A program made the position numbers and the translations under genes. This document shows, piece after piece, positions 9,319 to 18,541 of a stretch of 64,000 nucleotides of DNA. Positions within the stretch are counted from its first letter, which is position 1, and the number at the start of each line of letters is the position of its first letter. The stretch covers positions 34,030-98,029 of the forward strand of contig JAGAZO010000018.1 of the NCBI GenBank assembly GCA_017940005.1. Reading direction: 5' to 3'. Source of the stretch: Treponema sp. Its GTDB lineage: Bacteria; Spirochaetota; Spirochaetia; Treponematales; Treponemataceae. The notes under the pieces were generated by a model. The model was not told the DNA's origin, did no database searches, and saw nothing but the letters and a program-made list of their open reading frames with translations.

Positions 9319-10032
9319 ATGAATGAAAAAGAAATCACAAAGCATGTTCATGCCTTTTACGATTTTATAAAAAAAGATTCCCAACATCGTTATAAGTCTT
9401 GGGAACATTGCTACGCATTTTTCTATGAGCATCACAATAGATTATGCAAAGCAGATATATTAGATAAAGCGGCGTTACATCTTGGAATGTACCTTGCAAG
9501 CTGGGGAATGTTCAGAGGTTCGGGCGGTCTTTTGTGGAAAGATTATACGATTTATAAAGACTTATTGGTAAGAGTTCAGCCGTTGCTTTTTAAGGATGAA
9601 CCAAAAGAATTATCTGACGTAATTGGAAATTTTTTCAATTCTGTAAAAGTAGAAAAAGCAGACAAGATACACAATCCTCCCGAGAATATTGAAGATATTG
9701 ATATAGAAAAAACAGAAGGGAAAAACATAAAGCCGACAATTACACTTGTTTCAAAAATTATGCTTGGTCTTGATGCTTCCTGCACTGCGTTAGATGAATA
9801 TGTCTGCAGCGGAATTGAAAAAAGCTGTAAATGCAAGAATTTTTATCAGAACCCGTATACAGAAATTCCAAATGCATTAGCTGAAGTCAAAAAATTCTAT
9901 GATGAACATAAGCAGGAATTTGATGAGTTGCAAAACGATATACAACTGGAACTGGATTGCGGTGCACAAATTCCCTATCCGCCCATAAAACTGCTTGATA
10001 TGTATTTCTTCCAGATTGGGGAGAGAAAATAA
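9319..10032 (+). CDS. Conserved-looking hypothetical alpha-helical protein
   Basis: RBS GAGGAGG then ATG at 9319; motifs RYKSWEHCY, LHLGMYLASWGMFRGS, KLLDMYFFQIG. Confidence 0.75.
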   Translation: MNEKEITKHVHAFYDFIKKDSQHRYKSWEHCYAFFYEHHNRLCKADILDKAALHLGMYLASWGMFRGSGGLLWKDYTIYKDLLVRVQPLLFKDEPKELSDVIGNFFNSVKVEKADKIHNPPENIEDIDIEKTEGKNIKPTITLVSKIMLGLDASCTALDEYVCSGIEKSCKCKNFYQNPYTEIPNALAEVKKFYDEHKQEFDELQNDIQLELDCGAQIPYPPIKLLDMYFFQIGERK

Positions 10033-10123
10033 TCAAAAAAGCATGGGCACCGCCGATGCATCCGACATCGCGGGAACACACGTGGCGCTCTTAGTCGTGC
10101 GCCCCGTCACATTCCCGCGATTT

Positions 10124-10318
10124 TCAGCAAAAGTACCGTACACTCAAGTTTTTACCACGCAAATGGAATATCACGTCTTCTTTCAATTCGGGTTCCCTAA
10201 AGTCGGCATTTTCTGAGCACACATCAGCAAGAATTGTTTTAAATGTATCTCTGCAGTAATAAGCACGAAGTCCGTTTTCGGTTGCAGGGTTTTCTAATTG
10301 TGCACATGTTAATTCCAT
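10124..10318 (-). CDS. Small ORF or truncated gene coupled to the restriction endonuclease stop
   Basis: 64 aa; ATG overlaps the REase stop at 10318; no family recognised. Confidence 0.35.
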   Translation of the reverse strand: MELTCAQLENPATENGLRAYYCRDTFKTILADVCSENADFREPELKEDVIFHLRGKNLSVRYFC

Positions 10319-11088
10319 TATTTCAATGCTTTAAATTTTGCAAAATATGCATCAATTTCATCGCCCATTTCTATACCGACTTGTTCAAAACAATCCAACA
10401 AAGTTTGATATGCACCTTCGCCACCAAGAAAGTCCCAAAATTCTTCGGCAACTTTTAGTTCTTCCTGCAAATCGAGCATGCCACGCATTGTCCAACGGGC
10501 GTAAGGTTCGGGAGCGTAAGGATTATATGGAATGGCAATGCCCGTGTTAATTTTTGCACTGGGGTTTTCAGCGAGCGTGACAGCAACCCATTCAAGTAAT
10601 GTACGTTTGAATTGCTTAAATTCGTTGGAATTCGGTTTTGCAGATTTTATATCAAAGAAATATAATTCCCCAGATTTTGACTTTACCAGCAAATCAACTT
10701 TTGTCGGCTTGATAGTGTGCATTTCTCCAGATTGACAAACTGCACGGATTTTTTCAATTTCGTCGTGCTTTGCGGGCACGGTTGCGGCAATGTTCAGTCC
10801 ATCGACAATATCTTGAATGACGTGCTGGGAAAGCTCGCTGATTTTATTGTTCGGTGTGAACTGCTTTTTGCTTTCTGCAAAGGTGCTCTGGCCAAGTGCA
10901 AGTGCAACAGGTTCAAAAATAGTTGTTCCAAAATTCGTACATAGTGAATGAATGAAAGAATACAATGCAAGCCTATCCGCTCCTAATAAGCGCGTATGAA
11001 ATGGCATTACGCCTGGTTCTGGATTATATTTTGAAAACTTATTGCGTAATGCAGTCCGCAAAATTTCCTTTATTGCTTCTGTATTCAT
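10318..11088 (-). CDS. Type II restriction endonuclease, TdeIII/MjaII family
   Basis: MPFHTRLLG.DRLALYSFIHSL.TNFGTTIFEP; KVDL..FDIKSAKPN; PYNPY; adjacent to the MTase. Confidence 0.85.
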   Translation of the reverse strand: MNTEAIKEILRTALRNKFSKYNPEPGVMPFHTRLLGADRLALYSFIHSLCTNFGTTIFEPVALALGQSTFAESKKQFTPNNKISELSQHVIQDIVDGLNIAATVPAKHDEIEKIRAVCQSGEMHTIKPTKVDLLVKSKSGELYFFDIKSAKPNSNEFKQFKRTLLEWVAVTLAENPSAKINTGIAIPYNPYAPEPYARWTMRGMLDLQEELKVAEEFWDFLGGEGAYQTLLDCFEQVGIEMGDEIDAYFAKFKALK

Positions 11089-11089
11089 T

Positions 11090-12676
11090 TTACAACTCCT
11101 TGAAATGGAAAATTGTTTCAGAATACGCATTTTTTGCTTTTTCAGTGCGATTCAAAACAGGACGCTCGTAGCGATTGACGATTCTCATCCTCGCTTTTTC
11201 GGCAATGTGCGGATAGAGATTGTATTTGTCATTCGCGACTAAAAACACATTGTAGTCGTCGGCAAGATAGTGTTTGCAATGTGAAAGCACAGCCGCAATC
11301 CCTTCAACATAGGCGGCGCGTGCATCAAGCGTTTGCCCATTGCGCAACGGTCCGATTTCCTGTATATCATGACGCGGAAAACTAAACAGTTCATATGTGT
11401 AGGCGTGCTGTTCGTGATAGTCGATAAGTCCCACATATGGTGGTGAAGAAAAGATGCCCCGTATTTTTTGCGCGCTCATTACGTTGTAGAGCAATTCATT
11501 TTTTTCTCTCAACGCTGAAAGCAAATCGATAGTGCGGCTATCACCAGTCAAACAGATTTGTGCAGTGTTCGTTCGTAATTGACTAAACTGATATAAGCGT
11601 TTCACTGTATCTTTGCTGTAAGTACTCCACCATTTTGTTATAGAAAAAAGCGGCTTACAGATTTTGTAATGTTTAGTGCAGTAATAGGTCGTTTTTACAG
11701 GCTCCAACAGCGTCGCAAGGTCAGAATGGGTAGTCGCACGGCAGGAACGCATTGTTCTGCTTAAAATTACCCTGAGCACATTGCAAATTTTTGCATCGGC
11801 AACTGCGTTGATAAGGTCGCGCATAAGATACAACTCGCTTCGTATACTCGGCAAAAACCATTTTGTGATAAATGATTTGTCGTCAGTTTCAAGCGAGATA
11901 CCGTATTTTTCTATCAGCGCAGTATATGTCGGCAAAAATTCATCAACCTTTTGCTTGCTGTATGTTTTTTCATCAATCGTCTTGGTACGAATTGCATATT
12001 TATAATCATACGCAGAAAAATAGTGCGTATTAAAAGCGTTTAATGCGTCCTGCAACGCTGTATCAAAAGCAGCAAGCATCGTCTGGTTGTAATACTCCTG
12101 TAACTTATGCGTGATGTAGTCGATTTTTTGTTCAAGAGCGAGCATATCCATATCGGCAAGTTTACAGTTTGCAATGAGCGTGTTAAAAAGCGAAACATCA
12201 ATGCCAACTGCGTGCAAGCCGAGTTCGTTTGCTTGTACAAGCGTAGTGCCGCTCCCGCAAAACGGGTCGAGCACAATATCTCCCGCCTTAAAATATGATT
12301 CTTTCTTGAAAACATCAGTATGCATGTCTAAAAAATATTCCACCAACTGCGGAATGAACTTGCCTTTGTATGGGTGCAAGCGATGAACATGCTTGGTTGT
12401 TTCGGCTTCGGTGCAATTTGAAAACGACAGCGCCCAGTTTAGACGTTCGTCTTTCCATTTATTTTCGGTGTATTTTTGATTTTGCTCATAATAGTCCTTG
12501 AGTTCTGCAAGCGAAACCGCGGGAGCGCCGTTTGCGTCGCGTTTTTTGATGAGCGCGTATTGAATGAGGTAGCTGATATTGCTATTAGAAACAGGCTTTT
12601 GTAAAAAAGCAGTTGCCCAGCGACTTGCTTCGGGAATAGTAAGCAGGTCTTTTGTAGCGGAGTTTTCACTAATCAT
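11090..12676 (-). CDS. N4-cytosine/N6-adenine DNA methyltransferase (M.MjaII/TdeIII-like) with N-terminal HTH-like extension
   Basis: HRLHPYKGKFIPQL, DPFCGSGTT (motif I), SPPY (motif IV); about 530 aa. Confidence 0.9.
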   Translation of the reverse strand: MISENSATKDLLTIPEASRWATAFLQKPVSNSNISYLIQYALIKKRDANGAPAVSLAELKDYYEQNQKYTENKWKDERLNWALSFSNCTEAETTKHVHRLHPYKGKFIPQLVEYFLDMHTDVFKKESYFKAGDIVLDPFCGSGTTLVQANELGLHAVGIDVSLFNTLIANCKLADMDMLALEQKIDYITHKLQEYYNQTMLAAFDTALQDALNAFNTHYFSAYDYKYAIRTKTIDEKTYSKQKVDEFLPTYTALIEKYGISLETDDKSFITKWFLPSIRSELYLMRDLINAVADAKICNVLRVILSRTMRSCRATTHSDLATLLEPVKTTYYCTKHYKICKPLFSITKWWSTYSKDTVKRLYQFSQLRTNTAQICLTGDSRTIDLLSALREKNELLYNVMSAQKIRGIFSSPPYVGLIDYHEQHAYTYELFSFPRHDIQEIGPLRNGQTLDARAAYVEGIAAVLSHCKHYLADDYNVFLVANDKYNLYPHIAEKARMRIVNRYERPVLNRTEKAKNAYSETIFHFKEL

Positions 12677-12918
12677 TAAAAGCGAGCGTAGCATTTTTTA
12701 GGGAAAAATAAAAGTAGGCGAAGTTTCACATTTTCTTTTCCGATATGCCGAGCGGATTTATCATTGCAGTACATTCATTCACAATCTGGGAAATTTTCCC
12801 GTTTTGTTTAGATTTACCCGCTCATGACAGGCTCAGTAAGCAGCTCTATACTAGAATATGCATCCCGCAGGTGCGCAGGCGGGACAGCGACATCTCTATA
12901 TACAGGAGCAAGAAATTT

Positions 12919-13353
12919 ATGTCTTTGGAAAAATGGAAAACAGCATCTGTTTTCACAAAAGTAGCGACAGCGTGCGTAGTGCTGAGCGCACTTGTCGGAC
13001 TTATTATCGGCTTTATCACACTGGATGCCCTTGAGGATGCATTTGGGCTGCTCAATTCATTCATTTCTGATATCCGCCCGATGCTTGTCGTCTATCTACT
13101 CGTCTACTACTTGATAGACATTATTGTTGCCATCGGGCTGCTGTTCATTAAGAACTGGGCAAAATCGCTTGCAACATGGTGGGGCATCCTTGCTGCTGTA
13201 AGCATGGTGCTTGCAATAAAAGAGCCACATGCATTGTTCGTCTCATATATTTTGAGCATCGCTGCGGCAGTCTGCCTTTTCTTGGGGAAAGAAGATTTTC
13301 CGCAAAAACGTGCACACGCTGAAAGGGGGCAACATGAATCGTACGATAGGTAA
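12919..13353 (+). CDS. Four-TM membrane protein
   Basis: RBS AGGAG before ATG 12919; four hydrophobic segments. Confidence 0.75.
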   Translation: MSLEKWKTASVFTKVATACVVLSALVGLIIGFITLDALEDAFGLLNSFISDIRPMLVVYLLVYYLIDIIVAIGLLFIKNWAKSLATWWGILAAVSMVLAIKEPHALFVSYILSIAAAVCLFLGKEDFPQKRAHAERGQHESYDR

Positions 13354-13663
13354 ACGCGGCAACATGCTGTTGCTCGTTACAGTGCTTGCAGCAGGGACGC
13401 TCTTTGCCGCAGGCAGCCGTAAGCAAATTGACACCTTTTTGGCTGACTATGAAAAGATTGTCGTAAAAGCGGAAAAAGCGGCGGAAAACGGAACCATGCT
13501 TTCGCTTATATCGTTGCAAGCAGAAGCGGCAAAGCTGGTAGAGAAGTCAGACAAACTCAAGGATATGAGTGACTGGACGGAAGCAGACAGTGTAAAATAT
13601 CTGAAGCTTACCGAACGTTATATGACAGCGATTACAAAACTTTCAGGCTCGCTAACCCCATAA
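13334..13663 (+). CDS. Secreted small helical protein
   Basis: Signal peptide LLLVTVLAAGTLFA; overlaps the upstream gene. Confidence 0.7.
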   Translation: MNRTIGKRGNMLLLVTVLAAGTLFAAGSRKQIDTFLADYEKIVVKAEKAAENGTMLSLISLQAEAAKLVEKSDKLKDMSDWTEADSVKYLKLTERYMTAITKLSGSLTP

Positions 13664-13764
13664 TGCTGATACTATTTTCTCCGACATTTATGGCGGGGAA
13701 AATAGCATAAACAGCGGGGCATTGTAAAATATTTTTAAGAAAATGAAGAAAACAGGAGGAAGAT

Positions 13765-14379
13765 ATGGCATATAAGACATGCGACTGGTGCGGGAGAACG
13801 TATAAACCCATGCTCTCTGCTGACAGGGACGCGGGCAATGCATTTGCAGATGCAATGGGATTAACACTCGGTGTAAAAGCCGTTGGCGGAATTGCACGCC
13901 TTGCAGGGCATCGAAATTTTTGCAGCAGACAATGTAAGCTCGCTTATGAGCAATCTAAAGGAGACGGAAGTGCTAATGACACAACTACAAAGGGTGGCAC
14001 GATAACCCAAAAAGCGGTCGAGGCACAGGCAAGAGCTGCAGAAGATGCCGCAGAACGGGCAAAGGTAGAAGCAATCAAAAATACTGTGTTTTCTAATGAT
14101 GATGCGGCTTTCGCGAAAGAAATCTATGGCTTTATCGCAGACTATAAGGCTTCCGTAAAAGAGCATGATGCCATCCGTACAGCATATAAAGAAAGACTTG
14201 CAAAGGAGTTTTCCGTTCTTAAAATGACTAATCCTGAACGCTATCAGAAATATAATCCCGCGTACGAGGAAGTTCAACAGTATTTTAAGAAGCGATTGAA
14301 GCGAAGTGTTATTATTTATGTGTCGGTGATAGTCGCATTAGTAGTAGCCTTTGTGCTATCTTTACAGTTAATCGAATAG
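13765..14379 (+). CDS. Hypothetical protein with N-terminal Zn-finger-like motif and C-terminal TM anchor
   Basis: CDWC..FCSRQC; terminal VIIYVSVIVALVVAFVLSL; RBS AGGAGG. Confidence 0.75.
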   Translation: MAYKTCDWCGRTYKPMLSADRDAGNAFADAMGLTLGVKAVGGIARLAGHRNFCSRQCKLAYEQSKGDGSANDTTTKGGTITQKAVEAQARAAEDAAERAKVEAIKNTVFSNDDAAFAKEIYGFIADYKASVKEHDAIRTAYKERLAKEFSVLKMTNPERYQKYNPAYEEVQQYFKKRLKRSVIIYVSVIVALVVAFVLSLQLIE

Positions 14380-14463
14380 GATTTAAGTGTGCGGTTCAAG
14401 ACAGCAGAATTATGCGTTGATACAAGGAAAAACATTTTTTAACTCTAGAGGAATTCTATTAGT

Positions 14464-14925
14464 ATGATACACATTACTTCTGAAAAGGATTTAGAACACT
14501 ATATCCGAAAAATCCTAAAAACGAATTTTGGGGACAAAAATCTTATCGTTCTTGAAAACAAAGATATTGCTGATATTGTCATCTTAAACGAAAAGCAGCA
14601 AACGCTTTATTTCCTTGAATTGAAATTCTATAAGAAAAGCCATACACGGCTCGGAATTGGTTCTGGACAAGGAAAAGGGTTCCAAATAGAAATCTTAAAA
14701 TCGAATTATGCTTATTTTGAAAAGCATCTGCGGTGGATTCTTGCCACAGAGGAAGACGATTTCTTTAGATTTTGCACGAATGAACAGATACGGTATAATA
14801 TATCGGGAGATGCCGTTGGAGAAAAATACAATAGCATTTCATTACAGATTTTTAAAGACGAGCGTGCTTTTCTGACAGAAAAAGAACTTGTGACAAAATT
14901 AGGCGAGTGGTTGCTTGCTGAATAA
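14464..14925 (+). CDS. Putative PD-(D/E)xK nuclease-fold protein
   Basis: E..LE..ADIV..FLELK pattern; AT-rich. Confidence 0.6.
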   Translation: MIHITSEKDLEHYIRKILKTNFGDKNLIVLENKDIADIVILNEKQQTLYFLELKFYKKSHTRLGIGSGQGKGFQIEILKSNYAYFEKHLRWILATEEDDFFRFCTNEQIRYNISGDAVGEKYNSISLQIFKDERAFLTEKELVTKLGEWLLAE

Positions 14926-15045
14926 AAATTATTTTTTCTGGCGACAAATAGCGCATCAAAAATGAATTTTACGCAAGCTATTTGAATACATGCTTCTTTG
15001 ATAAAGCAGCTATGAAAAAATCTCTCTATAAATAGCCCAAAACTG

Positions 15046-15100
15046 CATCCTTGCAGAGAGTCCATCTCCATCAGATGAAGAGAGCCTTTCTGCAAGGATG
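15046..15100. repeat. Long inverted repeat or hairpin at the right end of the accessory island
   Basis: CATCCTTGCAGAGAG ... CTTTCTGCAAGGATG (14/15 complementary). Confidence 0.65.
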
Positions 15101-15153
15101 TTCTTTCTTTACTGCCATATCCTATTAAAAAATCATACTATAACGCGCTTTGT

Positions 15154-15196
15154 ACATTTTTTAGAAAAAAAATTTCATTTTTTTTCTAAAAAATGT
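15154..15196. promoter_or_regulatory. Perfect 19-bp AT-rich inverted repeat upstream of the DUF4469 gene
   Basis: ACATTTTTTAGAAAAAAAA-TTTCA-TTTTTTTTCTAAAAAATGT. Confidence 0.6.
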
Positions 15197-15282
15197 GCTT
15201 TTTTTGCAATAAAAATTAAATCTATATATATACACCAATTTTAAAAAATTGGCGAAAACAATAATCATAAAGGAGGACGGTT

Positions 15283-16059
15283 ATGGATAATAAGAAAAAC
15301 GTATTATCCGACACGGTGAATGTCACCATTCACCAATCGTATTTGCAGGACGAAAATGCGTCCTATGGCAAAGTGCAGCGCAACACTGCGTACATCGGCA
15401 ATGTCATCGAGGCGATTGTCAGGCAGAACAACACGCTGAAAGAGGAGACGCTACTGTTTGCCGCAGGCTTGCTGCGTGACGGAATGCTTGAGCTGCTTTC
15501 GCAGGGAAAAGCGGTCGATGTGCTTGAACTTGGCGTTATCTATCCCAAGGTTTCTGAAAGCATGGACACCGCCACACCCGACGTGAGCGACATTCCGCAG
15601 CTGGTGCTCGGCTACACGGCGTCCACAAAGGCACTGTCTGCAGTGGCACATCTGACAGCGGGGGCGACGATTGCCGCGCAGTCAGTGCCTGTCATCAAAG
15701 AAGCGTGGGATATGAAACAGTGCGCCGCAAACGGAACGCTTACCGCAGGACAGGGCGTGCGTTTAACCGGTCGCAAGCTCAAGATTGCGGGCAAAGCGGA
15801 AGCAACGGGCGTGTTCTTTGTTCCTGTTGATGATTCAGGCAGCATTGATGAAAGCGGCTCGAACTGGATTCGTGCAGCAGAAACGAAAAAACTTTCGCAG
15901 AACACGCAGGGAACGCTGCTGTTTGTACTGAACAAAGACATTGCGCCCGGCACCTACAAAATCGTCATCAAGACTGCGTTTGGAAACGGCGAGCGGGTGA
16001 ACAAGACAGTGCGAACTGGCATGATGAGTGCAAGCGTAAAAGTGCGCGCAGACAGCTAA
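15283..16059 (+). CDS. HU-like DNA-binding / DUF4469 domain protein
   Basis: N-terminal HU-like segment (LLSQGKAVDVLELG) plus C-terminal Ig-like LTGRKLKIAG..GVFFV..GTYKIVIKT. Confidence 0.75.
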   Translation: MDNKKNVLSDTVNVTIHQSYLQDENASYGKVQRNTAYIGNVIEAIVRQNNTLKEETLLFAAGLLRDGMLELLSQGKAVDVLELGVIYPKVSESMDTATPDVSDIPQLVLGYTASTKALSAVAHLTAGATIAAQSVPVIKEAWDMKQCAANGTLTAGQGVRLTGRKLKIAGKAEATGVFFVPVDDSGSIDESGSNWIRAAETKKLSQNTQGTLLFVLNKDIAPGTYKIVIKTAFGNGERVNKTVRTGMMSASVKVRADS

Positions 16060-16073
16060 CCGTAATGCGCAGG

Positions 16074-16104
16074 GTGCGGCTGCAAAACGCAGCCGCACTT
16101 TTTT
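16074..16104 (+). terminator. Intrinsic terminator
   Basis: GTGCGGCTGC-AAAAC-GCAGCCGCAC followed by T6. Confidence 0.85.
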
Positions 16105-16133
16105 ACAAGCGGGAATATGCTGCCTCGCCTATC

Positions 16134-16823
16134 CTACTCGCCAATCCCCAATACTCGCGCTGCTTCCACTGCGCCAAGGCGGTCGTGGATGCCGAGCTTT
16201 GCGTAGACGGCGCTCCGCTGATTCTCTACTGTTTTTACGCTTTTTTGAAGCGCGGCGGCAATATCAGGCACGTCGTATTTGCGGGCGAGCAAAAGGAACA
16301 CTTGCTGTTCTTTTGGTGTAAGCGTACGGTAGCGGCGGAACAGTTCTAGCGTGTGACGCTCATCGTCGCTCGTGCTGTATGCAGTACCGCCATTGAACAT
16401 GCTCTCATCTGTCATTGCCTGCATGACGGCCTGCGCTTCGTGGCAGAACGACGGCTTTCCGTCAGCCACTGCACGCACTGCTTCAACAATCTCCGAGAGT
16501 TCTGCCGTTTTGGTGATGTAGCCCTGCACGCCCGCTCTGATTGCATCTACAATCTGCAGCGGTTCAGCGAATGCGGAGTACACAAGCACGCGCACATCAG
16601 GACGGAGCTGCCGCAGTTCTGAAAGCACGGCAAGCCCATTTTCCACACCCAGTTTTACGTCTAAAAGCAGCATGCGGCAGTCGGCGTTTTGTGCGAGCAG
16701 CGATTGTGCTTCTGTGCCATCTTTCGCCTGCAAGAATGCAAAACCGCTAGTTTGTTTTTCGAGCGCGGACACAAGGCTTTGCCGCAGACCTGGATGGTCG
16801 TCGATTACGAGCACTTTAGTCAC
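16134..16823 (-). CDS. NarL/LuxR-family response regulator
   Basis: VLVIDDHP, LLLDVKL, GYITK, and C-terminal LTPKEQQVF..KSVKTVENQRSAVYAKLG HTH. Confidence 0.95.
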   Translation of the reverse strand: MTKVLVIDDHPGLRQSLVSALEKQTSGFAFLQAKDGTEAQSLLAQNADCRMLLLDVKLGVENGLAVLSELRQLRPDVRVLVYSAFAEPLQIVDAIRAGVQGYITKTAELSEIVEAVRAVADGKPSFCHEAQAVMQAMTDESMFNGGTAYSTSDDERHTLELFRRYRTLTPKEQQVFLLLARKYDVPDIAAALQKSVKTVENQRSAVYAKLGIHDRLGAVEAARVLGIGE

Positions 16824-18463
16824 AATAATACCCCCCCCCGATTATCAGAGATTGCCGCGCATATCGGCATGGAGACACAAATCGTTGTGCCGTCGTTTCC
16901 GCTGTGCACTGAAAGCGTTCCGCCCAGTGATTCTGCCCGTTCTCTCATGCTTTCTAATCCGATATGTATGTTCGGCTGCGGCGAGTTTTCCTGCACACAC
17001 TCGCGTGCAAATGGTGTGCTGAAAGCGGAGTTTCCCGCGTCGTCTGTCAAAACAACCGATTCACTTGTGGTGACTATTTCGGCGGTGTCGATATTCACCG
17101 CACAGGCAAATCCTTTCCCGTTATCACGCACCGTTATGTGAAAATCTGCTCCCGCGTCTATCAATTTGATTTCTATTTTTGTCGCATCGGCGTGCTGGGC
17201 TGCGTTGGACAATGCTTCCTTCACAATCCGCACAAGCTCATGCTTGGTGCGCTCCGTAAAACTCGTGGCACACGCTGTTGCTTCAAAGACGCTCACGGGA
17301 ATCCCATAACTTTCCTGAAATATCGCCGCATAGCGCTTCACAATCTGAACAAAACTGGTGGATAAGTCTATTCTCAAATAGCCGATAAGCTCCCGCACTT
17401 CGCGGATGGCGCTATCTACAAAGCGCAGTGCCTTTTCAGTTTCTCCTGCCTGCAAGGCAATCTTGAGTGCTGAAAGTGACTGTGCCGCTCCATCATGCAA
17501 ATCGCGGCTGAATGCTTTCTGTGCATTTTCTCGCACTTTAGAAAGCGCAAGATTTTTTCTCTGCTCCCCTGAACGAACCTGCATGATTATAAACGAAATC
17601 ATAATGAGCGTAAACGAGGTGTACGCAAGCGCATAGTAGCCCTGATGTATGAACGCTTCTTCTGCCCTGACATGCAACAGTTTTTCTGACATGCCGCTTT
17701 CAGAAATCACCGCTTCATATGCTTCGTTAAACTTTTGCGTTGTTTTGTGCTTGAAGAAAAAGGTGAGGATGAGTGTCAAAAGCGCAATCACAAAAAAGAT
17801 ATATTCGGGCTTGATGCCACCTTTGTGTCTGTGGTGTTTGTTTTCACTAAAAAACGCCATGCGTTCAGACAGTTCGGGCAAACCGCCCGCAAGTGGATAT
17901 GGTTTGCTTCCTCTCTGTAGCATTTTATTCGCTATACGATAGATTCCATATGCAATAAATGCGGCAAAAGCTTTATCAACAAGATTCAAAAGCAGACCGC
18001 CCATAAGGTTTGCAAAAATCACTGTTCCGGTTGCGGCAAGAATTCCCTGCTCAATCGCCGTAAGATTGTAGTGCAACATCGCCGCAAAAATCGAGCCGAA
18101 TATGCCGTTCGAGACCGCGCTCGCAATTCCCGCTTGCATAAATGAATCAAACGAAAGGATTTCACTTTCAGTGCGCTTCCGCTCGATAGAAAAAATCAAC
18201 CATGAAAAAACAGCGGTCATGAGCTGGCATACCATGAACACAAGACGAAGCTTTCCCAAAAGCGTGAGCACGCCGTTTGTAAAAAGCGCGCACAAAACTG
18301 CGGGCGCTCCTCCCAGTATCGCCGCGGCGGCAATCGTCGCAAAGCTGTCCATGTACAGTGGAAAATTTACGCGTGTAGAAAGCAGGCTTCCGGCAATGTT
18401 GAGTGCAGCGGCTATGAAGATGCCCGCTAGCAATATCCCGTATTTTTTATAATGCAAAATCAT
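16820..18463 (-). CDS. HisKA_3 sensor histidine kinase with N-terminal ECF S-component-like membrane domain
   Basis: FSRDLHDGAAQ, EALSNAAQHA, VRDNGKGF, GLESMRERA; N-terminus YMDSFATIAAAAILGG. Confidence 0.9.
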   Translation of the reverse strand: MILHYKKYGILLAGIFIAAALNIAGSLLSTRVNFPLYMDSFATIAAAAILGGAPAVLCALFTNGVLTLLGKLRLVFMVCQLMTAVFSWLIFSIERKRTESEILSFDSFMQAGIASAVSNGIFGSIFAAMLHYNLTAIEQGILAATGTVIFANLMGGLLLNLVDKAFAAFIAYGIYRIANKMLQRGSKPYPLAGGLPELSERMAFFSENKHHRHKGGIKPEYIFFVIALLTLILTFFFKHKTTQKFNEAYEAVISESGMSEKLLHVRAEEAFIHQGYYALAYTSFTLIMISFIIMQVRSGEQRKNLALSKVRENAQKAFSRDLHDGAAQSLSALKIALQAGETEKALRFVDSAIREVRELIGYLRIDLSTSFVQIVKRYAAIFQESYGIPVSVFEATACATSFTERTKHELVRIVKEALSNAAQHADATKIEIKLIDAGADFHITVRDNGKGFACAVNIDTAEIVTTSESVVLTDDAGNSAFSTPFARECVQENSPQPNIHIGLESMRERAESLGGTLSVHSGNDGTTICVSMPICAAISDNRGGVLL

Positions 18464-18541
18464 GCATATAAGGTATCACACCGCAGAGATTATCACTAGA
18501 ACCATAAGCTGCAGAGCAGTGAACAAAAAACACTTGTCTCG

